Counted from the stretch's first letter, positions 16,442 through 24,304 are shown. The stretch: 32,000 bases of DNA from Candidatus Bathyarchaeia archaeon (GCA_050014495.1 JBEKDF010000007.1:16089-48088), one strand, 5' to 3'. Made by a program: numbers and translations. The notes: generated from the letters alone by a model not told the origin.

Positions 16442-17740
16442 CTACTTCCTGTGGAGTTTCTCTGCTGCAATGAACGTAAGCCCATGCTGTGTGAGCATCT
16501 TCGCTGTTTGGTTTAGAGCTGCGTGTTTATCGAGGTAGTTTACGAGATACTTGGGCATCAGGCCCTTCTCCATGATATCCTTCTTTGGCGTAAAGTAGTT
16601 GAGTATGTCTGAGGAATGTTCACGCTTTTTCTCGGTTTCAGGTAAACCGCCCTCATGTTTGGCGCTTATATTCTTTACATGGCCAGCCAAGGCAACAAGT
16701 TCGGTTTGCCGATTGTATGGTTGCCTGACTATGCTTCTATAGGCCTCCGTTACGTGGTGCTCGATGCGGACGATGTCTTCAAAGCCCCAGGGCTTACGTA
16801 TCTGTGCGGTGAGTTCAATCGTCTCGTTATTCACGCTGTTTGATAGGTTGAAGCCGATGAGCGGGGTAGAACCATCGGATCTACTGAAGAGCTTCGCAGT
16901 CATCAGTGTCCACAATACGGAGTATGGGTTATCGATGCCTAGGAAGACGGAGATCTTGAACTCTATGTCTACTCCGAGCTTGTGCAGGAAATAACCCAGG
17001 AGCACACTGCCCATGTTTGTGTTCAGAGCCTGTTTAATGCCGTACATCGTGTAGTAGTGGAGGTATTCATCCACCCACTTCAAAGCAAGGTCGTTTGGCA
17101 TCCCTATGCCACCGAAGTAGCCAGTGATCGTCTCAGGTCCCCCAAGGTGCCTGTTTAACGGGGTGCCGTCGGGTCCGGGGATCATGCCCTTGGTATCTAG
17201 GGTCTCCACGAACGAGGCGCCGATGATCTGCATCGCTGCCTGTGTAGCGATGATGTCGTCGTCTTCCACCTGCTCCTTCATCGAGCGTACGCGTATGTAT
17301 CGACTTGGCATGAGGTCCTGGTCGACTATGGATTTTTTCGCCTCCTCGATGAGCCATGGGAAGAAGTTTAATGCGCTGATTTCGAGCGTGACGGCGAAGG
17401 ACTCGTCGAATTTCATCGACTCCGATTTTTCTCCTAAGATCCTCCGGCGGTAATCGGGGATGCTGACGAACGCGTTTTTATCGCGTTGTTTACTCAACCA
17501 TTGTAGGTCCTTCAAAAAAGGCGAGTTCTTTTTTTCAAGCATGGAGAGGAGATTGTCTAGTTCCCCCGCCTTACGTGCTTTCTTGTTTATCTCTTCGACT
17601 CCGCCATATTTGTCTACGATTTTTAACAGATCATTTATGAGGGAATTATCCTCTTGAAGTAAGAAATCGTTAATTTGTTTAAGGTTTTCTTCGTTTATCC
17701 GCAATTTCTTTCGATCTTCCGCTCGATCTTTTGTCTTCAT
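16442..17740 (-). CDS. Hypothetical 432-aa protein, no family recognised (charged helical N-terminus plus globular domain, no cysteine)
   Basis: This is a long ORF downstream of 17825..18499 on the same strand (84-nt gap). It has a Gly-rich stretch 'GGPETITGYFGGIGMPN'. I counted zero Cys. Confidence 0.6.
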   Translation of the reverse strand: MKTKDRAEDRKKLRINEENLKQINDFLLQEDNSLINDLLKIVDKYGGVEEINKKARKAGELDNLLSMLEKKNSPFLKDLQWLSKQRDKNAFVSIPDYRRRILGEKSESMKFDESFAVTLEISALNFFPWLIEEAKKSIVDQDLMPSRYIRVRSMKEQVEDDDIIATQAAMQIIGASFVETLDTKGMIPGPDGTPLNRHLGGPETITGYFGGIGMPNDLALKWVDEYLHYYTMYGIKQALNTNMGSVLLGYFLHKLGVDIEFKISVFLGIDNPYSVLWTLMTAKLFSRSDGSTPLIGFNLSNSVNNETIELTAQIRKPWGFEDIVRIEHHVTEAYRSIVRQPYNRQTELVALAGHVKNISAKHEGGLPETEKKREHSSDILNYFTPKKDIMEKGLMPKYLVNYLDKHAALNQTAKMLTQHGLTFIAAEKLHRK

Positions 17741-17788
17741 CTTTATCTAAAATACTCTACATCATAACCGCATAAGACTTTTTTTATT

Positions 17789-17797
17789 CGCGCGTGC
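17789..17797 (-). promoter_or_regulatory. CG-box variant (minus strand GCACGCGCG) directly upstream of the A-rich box of the 432-aa gene
   Basis: The minus strand reads 'GCACGCGCGAATAAAAAAAGTC'. The proximal edge is 48 nt upstream of the ATG at 17740. Confidence 0.45.
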
Positions 17798-17824
17798 TTT
17801 TGTTCAAGCCGTGCTACTAAACGG

Positions 17825-18499
17825 CTATGACGCCTCGATCACTTCCTCTAATCTAGCTATCGTGAGGTTGGTCAGAAAATTGATCCTCTCAACATCGAGA
17901 TAGCTCTCTATATTTTCATCGTAGAATATCCTTGCATCTACGGGGAACTCAGCATCGGCTGATGACAGGACGAATGTCAAAGGGATGAGAGGTAAAGTGT
18001 TAATCTTAAAGGCGTAGTCGCCGTAGGGAAAGTCGACCCCTAAGCCACCTAGGAATTTGGCGGCTTCCCTAAGCCTCGTGTCACCGCCTGCATATAGAGT
18101 CAGAAGTTTCTCACGGGCTCCTATATTTGAGAAGTCTCCGAATCTCGCGCCTCTTAGGTTTCTATAGGCGATGAGTCTACCAGTCAACTCGACGCTCTGG
18201 GCCCCAGCATATCCAACAAGGATGTAATATGCGGTCCTAATCATGAAGCCTTGATGAGGGTCACTTGCATCGAGTTCCCTACTCTTGAGTAGATCAAGCA
18301 ATTTTCCGTTGTTCAAGTTGACTCTGATATTTAAGAAATCAAGGTGTTCCCCTTCGGGGAATCCCAGTTTCCCTGCGAGAGTACGTATTTGGTCTCGAAC
18401 ATTGATCCAGCTCCAGTTGCCAAGCTCTGACATTGAGGACAACTCAATCAGATTCCAGATAAGCATTCTGAAGCATTTGGCGTATTGGGTGAAGCCCAT
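17825..18499 (-). CDS. DUF3786-like protein (tentative)
   Basis: The C-terminal 'TLPLIPLTFVLSSADAEFPVDARIFYDENIESYLDVE' resembles the DUF3786 pattern I remember (lP.iPl ... D.EFP ... lFD). The start could be M1 (18499) or M12 (18466). Confidence 0.45.
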   Translation of the reverse strand: MGFTQYAKCFRMLIWNLIELSSMSELGNWSWINVRDQIRTLAGKLGFPEGEHLDFLNIRVNLNNGKLLDLLKSRELDASDPHQGFMIRTAYYILVGYAGAQSVELTGRLIAYRNLRGARFGDFSNIGAREKLLTLYAGGDTRLREAAKFLGGLGVDFPYGDYAFKINTLPLIPLTFVLSSADAEFPVDARIFYDENIESYLDVERINFLTNLTIARLEEVIEAS

Positions 18500-18521
18500 T
18501 TTGTGGTATCGACTCTAGAGA

Positions 18522-18528
18522 GCGCGCA
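18522..18528. repeat. CG box GCGCGCA upstream of the DUF3786-like gene
   Basis: Read directly. It lies 22 nt upstream of ATG 18499, or 55 nt upstream of the alternative Met at 18466. Confidence 0.45.
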
Positions 18529-18585
18529 TGTTTGCGTCAAATATCATGACTAAAGTCCTATTAAGAAGGAACGGAAAAATTGCCC

Positions 18586-18735
18586 ATGAAACCACACACA
18601 GATCCTAAGCCTGGCCTCTGCCTCTTCGCGTGGCGGTGCCTCAAGTACAGGCCTAACGCGGCGGCGTGCAATCGTGAAGGTGGGGGAGTCTTCTGCGGAG
18701 AATGGAGGAGATTCAACGGCGCACGCTCACATTAA
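18586..18735 (+). CDS. Candidate small cysteine-rich protein (49 aa), unannotated
   Basis: ATG at 18586, TAA at 18733. Sequence: MKPHTDPKPGLCLFAWRCLKYRPNAAACNREGGGVFCGEWRRFNGARSH (C-x5-C-x9-C-x8-C). The A/T box 'cctattaagaagg' lies about 20-30 nt upstream. It sits in a GC-rich patch of an otherwise AT-rich 445-bp spacer. Confidence 0.25.
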   Translation: MKPHTDPKPGLCLFAWRCLKYRPNAAACNREGGGVFCGEWRRFNGARSH

Positions 18736-18944
18736 ATGCCTCAGGTTCAATGGTCAGGTAGTATCTTGCATGCACGAACATAGTGTTAAGCAGGAAGTTT
18801 AGCACGTCTAACTCCACGCGTTAGAGTTTCTTCAGCAGGGTGATGAGTGCATCAGTGATTAGGTAGCGTCCCATGTTTGTGCTTCACCCGCGAGCGAGAT
18901 TAAAGAGGTATATACTTGAATGCATCAGGGAAAACTGAACAGAG

Positions 18945-19376
18945 ATGACGTTGGAATTTGTATTAGATTTCCAGAGGTGGGGTGGCGGTGAGCCGACTGC
19001 TGTCGGTGAAGGCTACAGCTGCACATACAAGGGAAGGTACTACTCAGTACTGTTCACCCGCGCCGGGATGTTTAGGGGCAACCACATACACCCTCATAGA
19101 CAACACACCCTGCTTATGGAGGGAAGAGGAAAATACGTCTTCAGGGAGAAGGATGGTACCGAGTCTGTGCACCGCCTCTCGGTTGGCAGTATACTCGATG
19201 TTGAGGCCGGGATCCCCCACATATTTCTCCCGGAGAGTGATTGCCTTACGGTAGAATGGTGGGAGGGCCCATTCGTGGCTGAAGAGTATGACTTCCCAAA
19301 CTATACGGCTAAGATCAAGAAGAAGATGGAGGAGTTCGACAGGATACACGCTGAACTCAAGAAATCAAAGAAATAG
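18945..19376 (+). CDS. Cupin-fold protein (WxcM/FdtA-like barrel), function unknown
   Basis: 'FRGNHIHPHRQHTLLMEGRGKYVF...LDVEAGIPHIF' gives the two cupin motifs. A T7 run follows 22 nt after the stop. Confidence 0.6.
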   Translation: MTLEFVLDFQRWGGGEPTAVGEGYSCTYKGRYYSVLFTRAGMFRGNHIHPHRQHTLLMEGRGKYVFREKDGTESVHRLSVGSILDVEAGIPHIFLPESDCLTVEWWEGPFVAEEYDFPNYTAKIKKKMEEFDRIHAELKKSKK

Positions 19377-19397
19377 TCTGCGCGTGCAATATCTTCG

Positions 19398-19404
19398 TTT
19401 TTTT
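19398..19404 (+). terminator. Oligo-T (T7) candidate archaeal terminator after the cupin gene
   Basis: There are seven consecutive T, 22 nt after the stop at 19376. Confidence 0.45.
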
Positions 19405-19739
19405 GGGGAATCACTGCTAGTCATGTGGCTTCTATACAAAGGAGGCAAAAGTTAAAACATGAGATTACCCGAGCATCTCTCTCATCAATTTATCCGAAGG
19501 TGAATTAAATGAGTGAATCCAAAAAAAGTTGGACCAGAACTCATTGTGTTACAGCAAGAGGTTCAGAAATTAGTTCCATTCTGTCTATCCGACAATGTAA
19601 TCGCATTGAATCTGATGAGGGCCAGAGGAACGATTAAAGGAAAACGCACCGAGGATAGATCTTGGATCAGGTGGATCGAAGACAAGGAAGAAAGCAAATG
19701 AAAACTCACGCGAATTTATCCGTGTATAATGTAACTCGA

Positions 19740-20159
19740 TTACTCAACTTCGAAGACATGTGTACAGAGTTGGTCGCCTCTAGCACGAGATGTCTGAACA
19801 CTCATCTTGATGCCTGGCCTCACAGTTGACACAATTCCCTCCATCCAAGGCCATGCATAATTGGCGTCGAGCCAAGTCCACGGCAGGTTAAACGTTAAAG
19901 CACTACGCATTATTACGCAGAAACCCCTATCTCTCTTAACAACTCTGCCATCCTCGACCATCGCAGATTGCTCACTCCTTACTGTACTCATTGCAGCGTT
20001 AAGGATTTCAGCGACTGCCTCGAGGCCATCCCCTTTGATATTAAATTTTTGTTTTAATATTTGACCCGTCTCGCGTCCAATCTGGAAAGCTGCTCTCTTA
20101 GCTGCCTCTGGGTCACCTTGAAATCGCTCATAGAACTCCTTGGGAGTGGGCCAACTCAT
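19740..20159 (-). CDS. Small V4R/ATC-hydrolase-like protein (tentative family), paralogue 2
   Basis: It is about 43% identical over its full length to 14038..14454, with the same two conserved Cys (GFC, GDxxC). The A/T box 'ctattataaa' lies 32-40 nt upstream of the ATG. Confidence 0.55.
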   Translation of the reverse strand: MSWPTPKEFYERFQGDPEAAKRAAFQIGRETGQILKQKFNIKGDGLEAVAEILNAAMSTVRSEQSAMVEDGRVVKRDRGFCVIMRSALTFNLPWTWLDANYAWPWMEGIVSTVRPGIKMSVQTSRARGDQLCTHVFEVE

Positions 20160-20213
20160 TTTTTACACAAATATTAGGTAGACCAGGAGGTTTATAATAG
20201 GTTTCATGGACAT

Positions 20214-20221
20214 CGCGCGCA
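20214..20221 (-). promoter_or_regulatory. CG box (minus strand TGCGCGCG) upstream of V4R-like paralogue 2
   Basis: It lies 54 nt upstream of the ATG at 20159, with the A/T box (20191-20199) in between. Confidence 0.5.
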
Positions 20222-20270
20222 TGTACTCAGTTCATATTCAAATCGTTTGTGTTTGTTCGTCTGTTTTTGT

Positions 20271-20280
20271 CGCGCGCGCA
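20271..20280 (+). promoter_or_regulatory. CG box CGCGCGCGCA upstream of the MFS gene
   Basis: The sequence is 'CGCGCGCGCAtattttcattatataatag', 80 nt upstream of TTG 20361. Confidence 0.5.
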
Positions 20281-20360
20281 TATTTTCATTATATAATAGC
20301 CTGAGAATAAAAAACATAGATAATTTCAAATATACTTAAAGTGGTTTTCAAGGATTCGAA

Positions 20361-21584
20361 TTGGGTAGTGTTTCAGCGGATGTAAAGCGATACCGCTGGG
20401 TGGTTCTAGGGGTCACCTGGCTCACATACATGAGCGTCTACCTAATCAGAAACGCAGTGCCACCACTGTCGACCTTCATCGTATCTGATCTGAACCTCAC
20501 TCGTTTCGACATAGGGTTACTCGCCTCAGCAGTAGCAGTGGGCTACCTAGTCGCACAGATACCTGCAGGTTGGCTCGTAGACGACTGGGGCGTCAGAAAA
20601 ATGATTCTACTGGGGACCGCCTTTGCGGGGGCGCTCGTCCTAGGTATGTACTTCGTGAACAACTACCCGACGGCGTACGTACTCCTCATAGTGGCGGGCT
20701 TCGGCTGCGGCGCATTCCCCACGGTGTCAACAAAGGCTCTGCTGACCTGGTTCCCCCCCAAGGAGCGAGGCACTACAATAGGAATTAACCAGACTGCCGT
20801 GAATGTTGGGGGGATAATCACAGCCGCGACCCTCCCCACAGTCGCGATACTATATGGGTGGCGCATCGGCTTCGTCGCAATTGGCGTTGTAACGATCCTA
20901 ATCGCCATAATTGCGTACACCCTCTATCGTGATGCACCAAGCACCCTCGTGGACGTTGAACCCTCTAAGCCGAGGTCTAGGCCAAGTATAAAAGACTCAA
21001 TCAAGCTTATGCTAGACCGTAATATCCTCCTCATCAGCATCTCGTGTATAGGACTCATGATGGTTCAGTTCGCCATGACGACCTATCTCATCATATACCT
21101 AACTGAGATCGTTGGCATCTCAGTGACCCTTGCAGGTGGCTTCCTCGCTATCGTGAATGCTGGCGGTGCCGTCGGTAAGCCCTTACTTGGTGCCATGAGT
21201 GATCGGCTCTTCGGTGGGAGCAGGAAGAAGCCTCTGCTGTTGGCGGCGGTGATGTCGTTCGGTTTATCAATTTTGATGCAGTTCATAGCAGCAAGTACAC
21301 CCTACATCGTGCTCTCGGTGATCTTCGCATTGTTCGGGTTCTCCGCCCTCGGGTGGGGTGGGCTGAACTTTGTCCTGGTCTCCGAATATGCGGGGAGGGA
21401 GAATGCGGGTCTGGCGGTTGGCTACTCTAACATGATTGGGCTCATCGGGAACATTATTGGTCCTCCCATCTTTGGTTTAATTATCGACGCTACTGGTTCT
21501 TACTCGTGGGGATGGTGGTTCCTGACGGCTTCCGCATTGTTTTCGGTGGTTGGGTTTGCCTTTGTCCGTGAGGGGGGCAGGTAG
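20361..21584 (+). CDS. MFS transporter (anion:cation symporter / organo-anion type)
   Basis: It has 12 predicted hydrophobic segments. 'YLIRNAVPPLSTFIVSDLNLTRFDIGLLASAVAVGYLVAQIPAGWLVDDWGVRKM' resembles the ACS/organophosphate-type MFS N-terminal pattern. The start is TTG. Confidence 0.8.
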   Translation: MGSVSADVKRYRWVVLGVTWLTYMSVYLIRNAVPPLSTFIVSDLNLTRFDIGLLASAVAVGYLVAQIPAGWLVDDWGVRKMILLGTAFAGALVLGMYFVNNYPTAYVLLIVAGFGCGAFPTVSTKALLTWFPPKERGTTIGINQTAVNVGGIITAATLPTVAILYGWRIGFVAIGVVTILIAIIAYTLYRDAPSTLVDVEPSKPRSRPSIKDSIKLMLDRNILLISISCIGLMMVQFAMTTYLIIYLTEIVGISVTLAGGFLAIVNAGGAVGKPLLGAMSDRLFGGSRKKPLLLAAVMSFGLSILMQFIAASTPYIVLSVIFALFGFSALGWGGLNFVLVSEYAGRENAGLAVGYSNMIGLIGNIIGPPIFGLIIDATGSYSWGWWFLTASALFSVVGFAFVREGGR

Positions 21585-21669
21585 GTTAAGGAGTCAGCTC
21601 TACATTTTGAGAGATGTGTATAACGTTAACTCACCGAGGTAAAGAATGCGGGCGACTCGTGATCGGATC

Positions 21670-22443
21670 TCAGGGAACTGATTGGAGGTAGATCGAGCTT
21701 CCATAGATTGTCCCTATTGGACCTTCCTCGATCTCCAGATGAGGAGGCGTGGAGTCGAATGGAGGCGGGTTGGTGCCGGGAGCATAGGCGGAGGACGATA
21801 TAACCAACTTGATGACGAGGGTTCCACCCGTTCTCAGGATCCCCGACGTTACATTTTGAGTGACTGTGAATCCCTTGGGCACCGCAGTTACCCTGACAGA
21901 TATAGGCAGAGACGCATCGTACGATGGCCGAGCTGCGAACAACAGGATCACTTCACTAGCTTGACCCTGCTTGACCACGACAGGGAAATACGGATCATTA
22001 GCATATGCAGGGACCGTGGTGATGGAGAAATCTGGCCCAGGAGCGGGTCCCTCCGAGCCTTCCTGGGCTAGCATCAGTTCACCAGTTGTGGCGTCCACAA
22101 TGTAGCTGCCAAAGGTGTAGTTGGATAGGTAATCTATGAACCAGTATGGTTTTATGTCTCCAACTTGGGAGGTGGAGACGTAGATTCGACTGTGTGACCC
22201 CGATGTTATTAGGTAGTTAACCCAGTTTATCGGCATGTACCGAAGCTCAACACTTTGAAGCCATTTGTCCTTGATGATGGTTTTCTCAGGGTCCACCTTG
22301 GCGCTCGTTTTAACGACGTTTATCGCCTGCTCTCGCGTCAATATGAGATCGGCGGGTACATTCTGTAATAAGATCATAAATCCAGTGAAGGCTAGAAGAC
22401 AGGAGATTAACGCTGTTAAAGCGGTCCTTGAGCCAGGTGACAT
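21670..22443 (-). CDS. Hypothetical membrane-anchored/secreted protein
   Basis: It has an N-terminal hydrophobic anchor 'ALTALISCLLAFTGFMILL', then beta-rich sequence and a Pro-rich C-terminal segment. I recognise no catalytic motif. Confidence 0.5.
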   Translation of the reverse strand: MSPGSRTALTALISCLLAFTGFMILLQNVPADLILTREQAINVVKTSAKVDPEKTIIKDKWLQSVELRYMPINWVNYLITSGSHSRIYVSTSQVGDIKPYWFIDYLSNYTFGSYIVDATTGELMLAQEGSEGPAPGPDFSITTVPAYANDPYFPVVVKQGQASEVILLFAARPSYDASLPISVRVTAVPKGFTVTQNVTSGILRTGGTLVIKLVISSSAYAPGTNPPPFDSTPPHLEIEEGPIGTIYGSSIYLQSVP

Positions 22444-22590
22444 TATTACATCCTCTTCGATTCTAAAGACTTAATACTAATCATTAGAGCAGGAATATTT
22501 TTTCTAGATTTCATCTTTTCCAGATCCCTTCCATGGAAACATTACCCGAAGACAATCCTTTTTATCCCTCCACAGTCGACCTATTTCGAG

Positions 22591-22932
22591 TTGATCAGCT
22601 CAAAGATCAGGATCAAGGTCCAGTCCGTCAAGTCGGTGAAGGACATGGAGGGGAGGGAGTGCTTCCAGATCGACTTCGTGGAGGTCAGGCAGCGCCCACC
22701 GATGATGATGATGACTAACCCCGATGTCCCCGAGGAGATAGGGCAGATGGTTATGCAGGTCACTAAGAGCTTCCAGAGCGTAATGCCCGGCATGGGGAAG
22801 GACTATGAGCAGATGAAGCTCACACTTGTCCTGACTGGGGAGGAGCTCGAGAGCTTCCGTCTCAAGCCCTACCCGAATATTCTCTATGAGTTAACGATAA
22901 CCGATGGTTCTCTTAGCTTCGCTGAGGAGTAA
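22591..22932 (+). CDS. Hypothetical 113-aa protein (start uncertain)
   Basis: The sequence is protein-like ('KIRIKVQSVKSVKDMEGRECFQIDFVEV...LYELTITDGSLSF'). The only upstream start in frame is TTG 22591. An ATG at 22533 lies in another frame (see findings). Confidence 0.45.
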   Translation: MISSKIRIKVQSVKSVKDMEGRECFQIDFVEVRQRPPMMMMTNPDVPEEIGQMVMQVTKSFQSVMPGMGKDYEQMKLTLVLTGEELESFRLKPYPNILYELTITDGSLSFAEE

Positions 22933-22984
22933 CTGGGGAACGGGTTAAATTTAGCCCCGCTCGATTCTCATCAAGTGATTCAGC

Positions 22985-23326
22985 TTGTCCTTGGATGACC
23001 TACAGTATGTTGACTGGGACAGTCGGGTTATGAAGTCTGAGAAGCCGGTCATAGTTGAGTTCTGGCACCAGTCATGCCCCACCTGCAAGAAGATTGAACC
23101 CGTTGTGCAGGGGCTTCCACAGAAGCTGGGTGACAGGGCGAAGCTGCTCCGATTCAACGTCATGGAGAACAGGGAGGCGCGTCGCTTCGCCATAGACAAG
23201 GGGGTCATTGGGACACCCACTTTCAAGATCTACTGCAAGGGAATCGAAAAGGAGGAGGTCGTTGGTCTGGAGACCACCGCGAACCTCCTCGAGACCATCG
23301 AGAACATCATCAAGGACTGCCAATGA
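22985..23326 (+). CDS. trxA: Thioredoxin with a CPTC active site
   Basis: 'PVIVEFWHQSCPTCKKIEPV' and 'IGTPTFKIY' (cis-Pro loop). A TTG start is needed to keep the N-terminal beta1/alpha1 region. Confidence 0.85.
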   Translation: MSLDDLQYVDWDSRVMKSEKPVIVEFWHQSCPTCKKIEPVVQGLPQKLGDRAKLLRFNVMENREARRFAIDKGVIGTPTFKIYCKGIEKEEVVGLETTANLLETIENIIKDCQ

Positions 23327-23339
23327 GGCTATACCTCAC

Positions 23340-24257
23340 TTGTACGATGTAATAATTTTGGGCTCGGGGCCAAGCGGCTTAACAGCCGCCATATACGCAG
23401 CTCGAGCTAAACTAAAAACGCTCGTTTTAATCGGTCCAATGGTTGGAGGCCAAATAGCTCTGACCCACCAGGTCGACAACTACCCTGGATTCCCCGATGG
23501 ACTCACAGGACCTGAGCTGACGGATAGATTCAAGGCCCACGCGGAGAAGTTTGGGGCAGAGTTCCTCGACGCCGAGGCAACTGGAGTCGATTTCGGTTCC
23601 TCGCCATACAAGGTGTGGGTCGGCGAGAAGCTCCTCGAAGCGAGTTCGATCATTTTAGCGACTGGGATGACTCATAAGAGACTTGGGGTCCCTGGGGAAG
23701 ACCGTCTATTCGGCAGGGGGGTCTTCGTCTGCGCGACCTGCGACGCGTTGCTATACGAGGATAAGAAGGCTGTTGTAGTCGGTGGAGGCGACTCCGCTGT
23801 TCAGGAGGCGATAGATCTGGCGAAGTTCGCGTCTGAGGTGACAATCGTCCACAGGAGAGATGAGCTTCGGGCTTGCAGATGCCTCGTCGACAAGGCGGTG
23901 AGTGAGCCAAAGATAAAGTTCCTCTACAGCACAGTTGTTGAGGAGATCATTGGGGAGAAACGTGTACAACAGGTGAAGCTCAGGGACCTCAAGACGGGGG
24001 CGATTAGCGTCATAGCCTCGGATGGCGTCCTCCTAGCCATTGGATGGGACCCTAATACCGGGATATATAGAGGACAGTTGGATATGGATGAGTCTGGGTA
24101 CCTCGAGACATTCGGGGTCAAAACCAAGAAGCCGGGCGTATTCGTCGCTGGGGATCTCATGGATAAGGACTACCGTCAGGTGGTGACGAGTTGCGGCAGT
24201 GGCTGCGCTGCAGCCCTCGAAGCTTCTCACTGGCTCGAGGTTCAGCATAATCTTTGA
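23340..24257 (+). CDS. trxB: Thioredoxin-disulfide reductase (NADPH type)
   Basis: 'YDVIILGSGPSGLTAAIYAAR', redox-active 'CATCD', 'GGGDSAVQEA', 'HRRDELRA' and 'GVFVAGD'. The TTG at 23340 gives the canonical (M)YDVII N-terminus. The ORF-track start at 23208 overlaps trx. Confidence 0.9.
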   Translation: MYDVIILGSGPSGLTAAIYAARAKLKTLVLIGPMVGGQIALTHQVDNYPGFPDGLTGPELTDRFKAHAEKFGAEFLDAEATGVDFGSSPYKVWVGEKLLEASSIILATGMTHKRLGVPGEDRLFGRGVFVCATCDALLYEDKKAVVVGGGDSAVQEAIDLAKFASEVTIVHRRDELRACRCLVDKAVSEPKIKFLYSTVVEEIIGEKRVQQVKLRDLKTGAISVIASDGVLLAIGWDPNTGIYRGQLDMDESGYLETFGVKTKKPGVFVAGDLMDKDYRQVVTSCGSGCAAALEASHWLEVQHNL

Positions 24258-24304
24258 GGTGTTTAGTTCATGGTGCCCATCCTGAGCCAACGGAGTTGGC
24301 AGAG

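Noticed and set aside
18839-18940. Possible C/D-box sRNA (GTGATGA at about 18839 and CTGA at about 18934)
   Set aside because: The boxes are about 90 nt apart with no convincing internal D'/C' pair or terminal stem. Archaeal C/D sRNAs are typically 50-70 nt.
19513-19701. 62-aa GTG ORF (and an overlapping 42-aa ATG ORF at 19509) between the cupin and V4R-like paralogue 2
   Set aside because: It has no recognisable motif and a weak start. It lies in an AT-rich spacer downstream of the cupin terminator. It is not supported.
22533-22718. 61-aa ORF METLPEDNPF...DDDDD as an independent gene
   Set aside because: Its distal two-thirds is low-complexity (G/D/R/P) and overlaps the better 22591..22932 frame. 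It is kept only as a possible frameshifted N-terminus (see findings).
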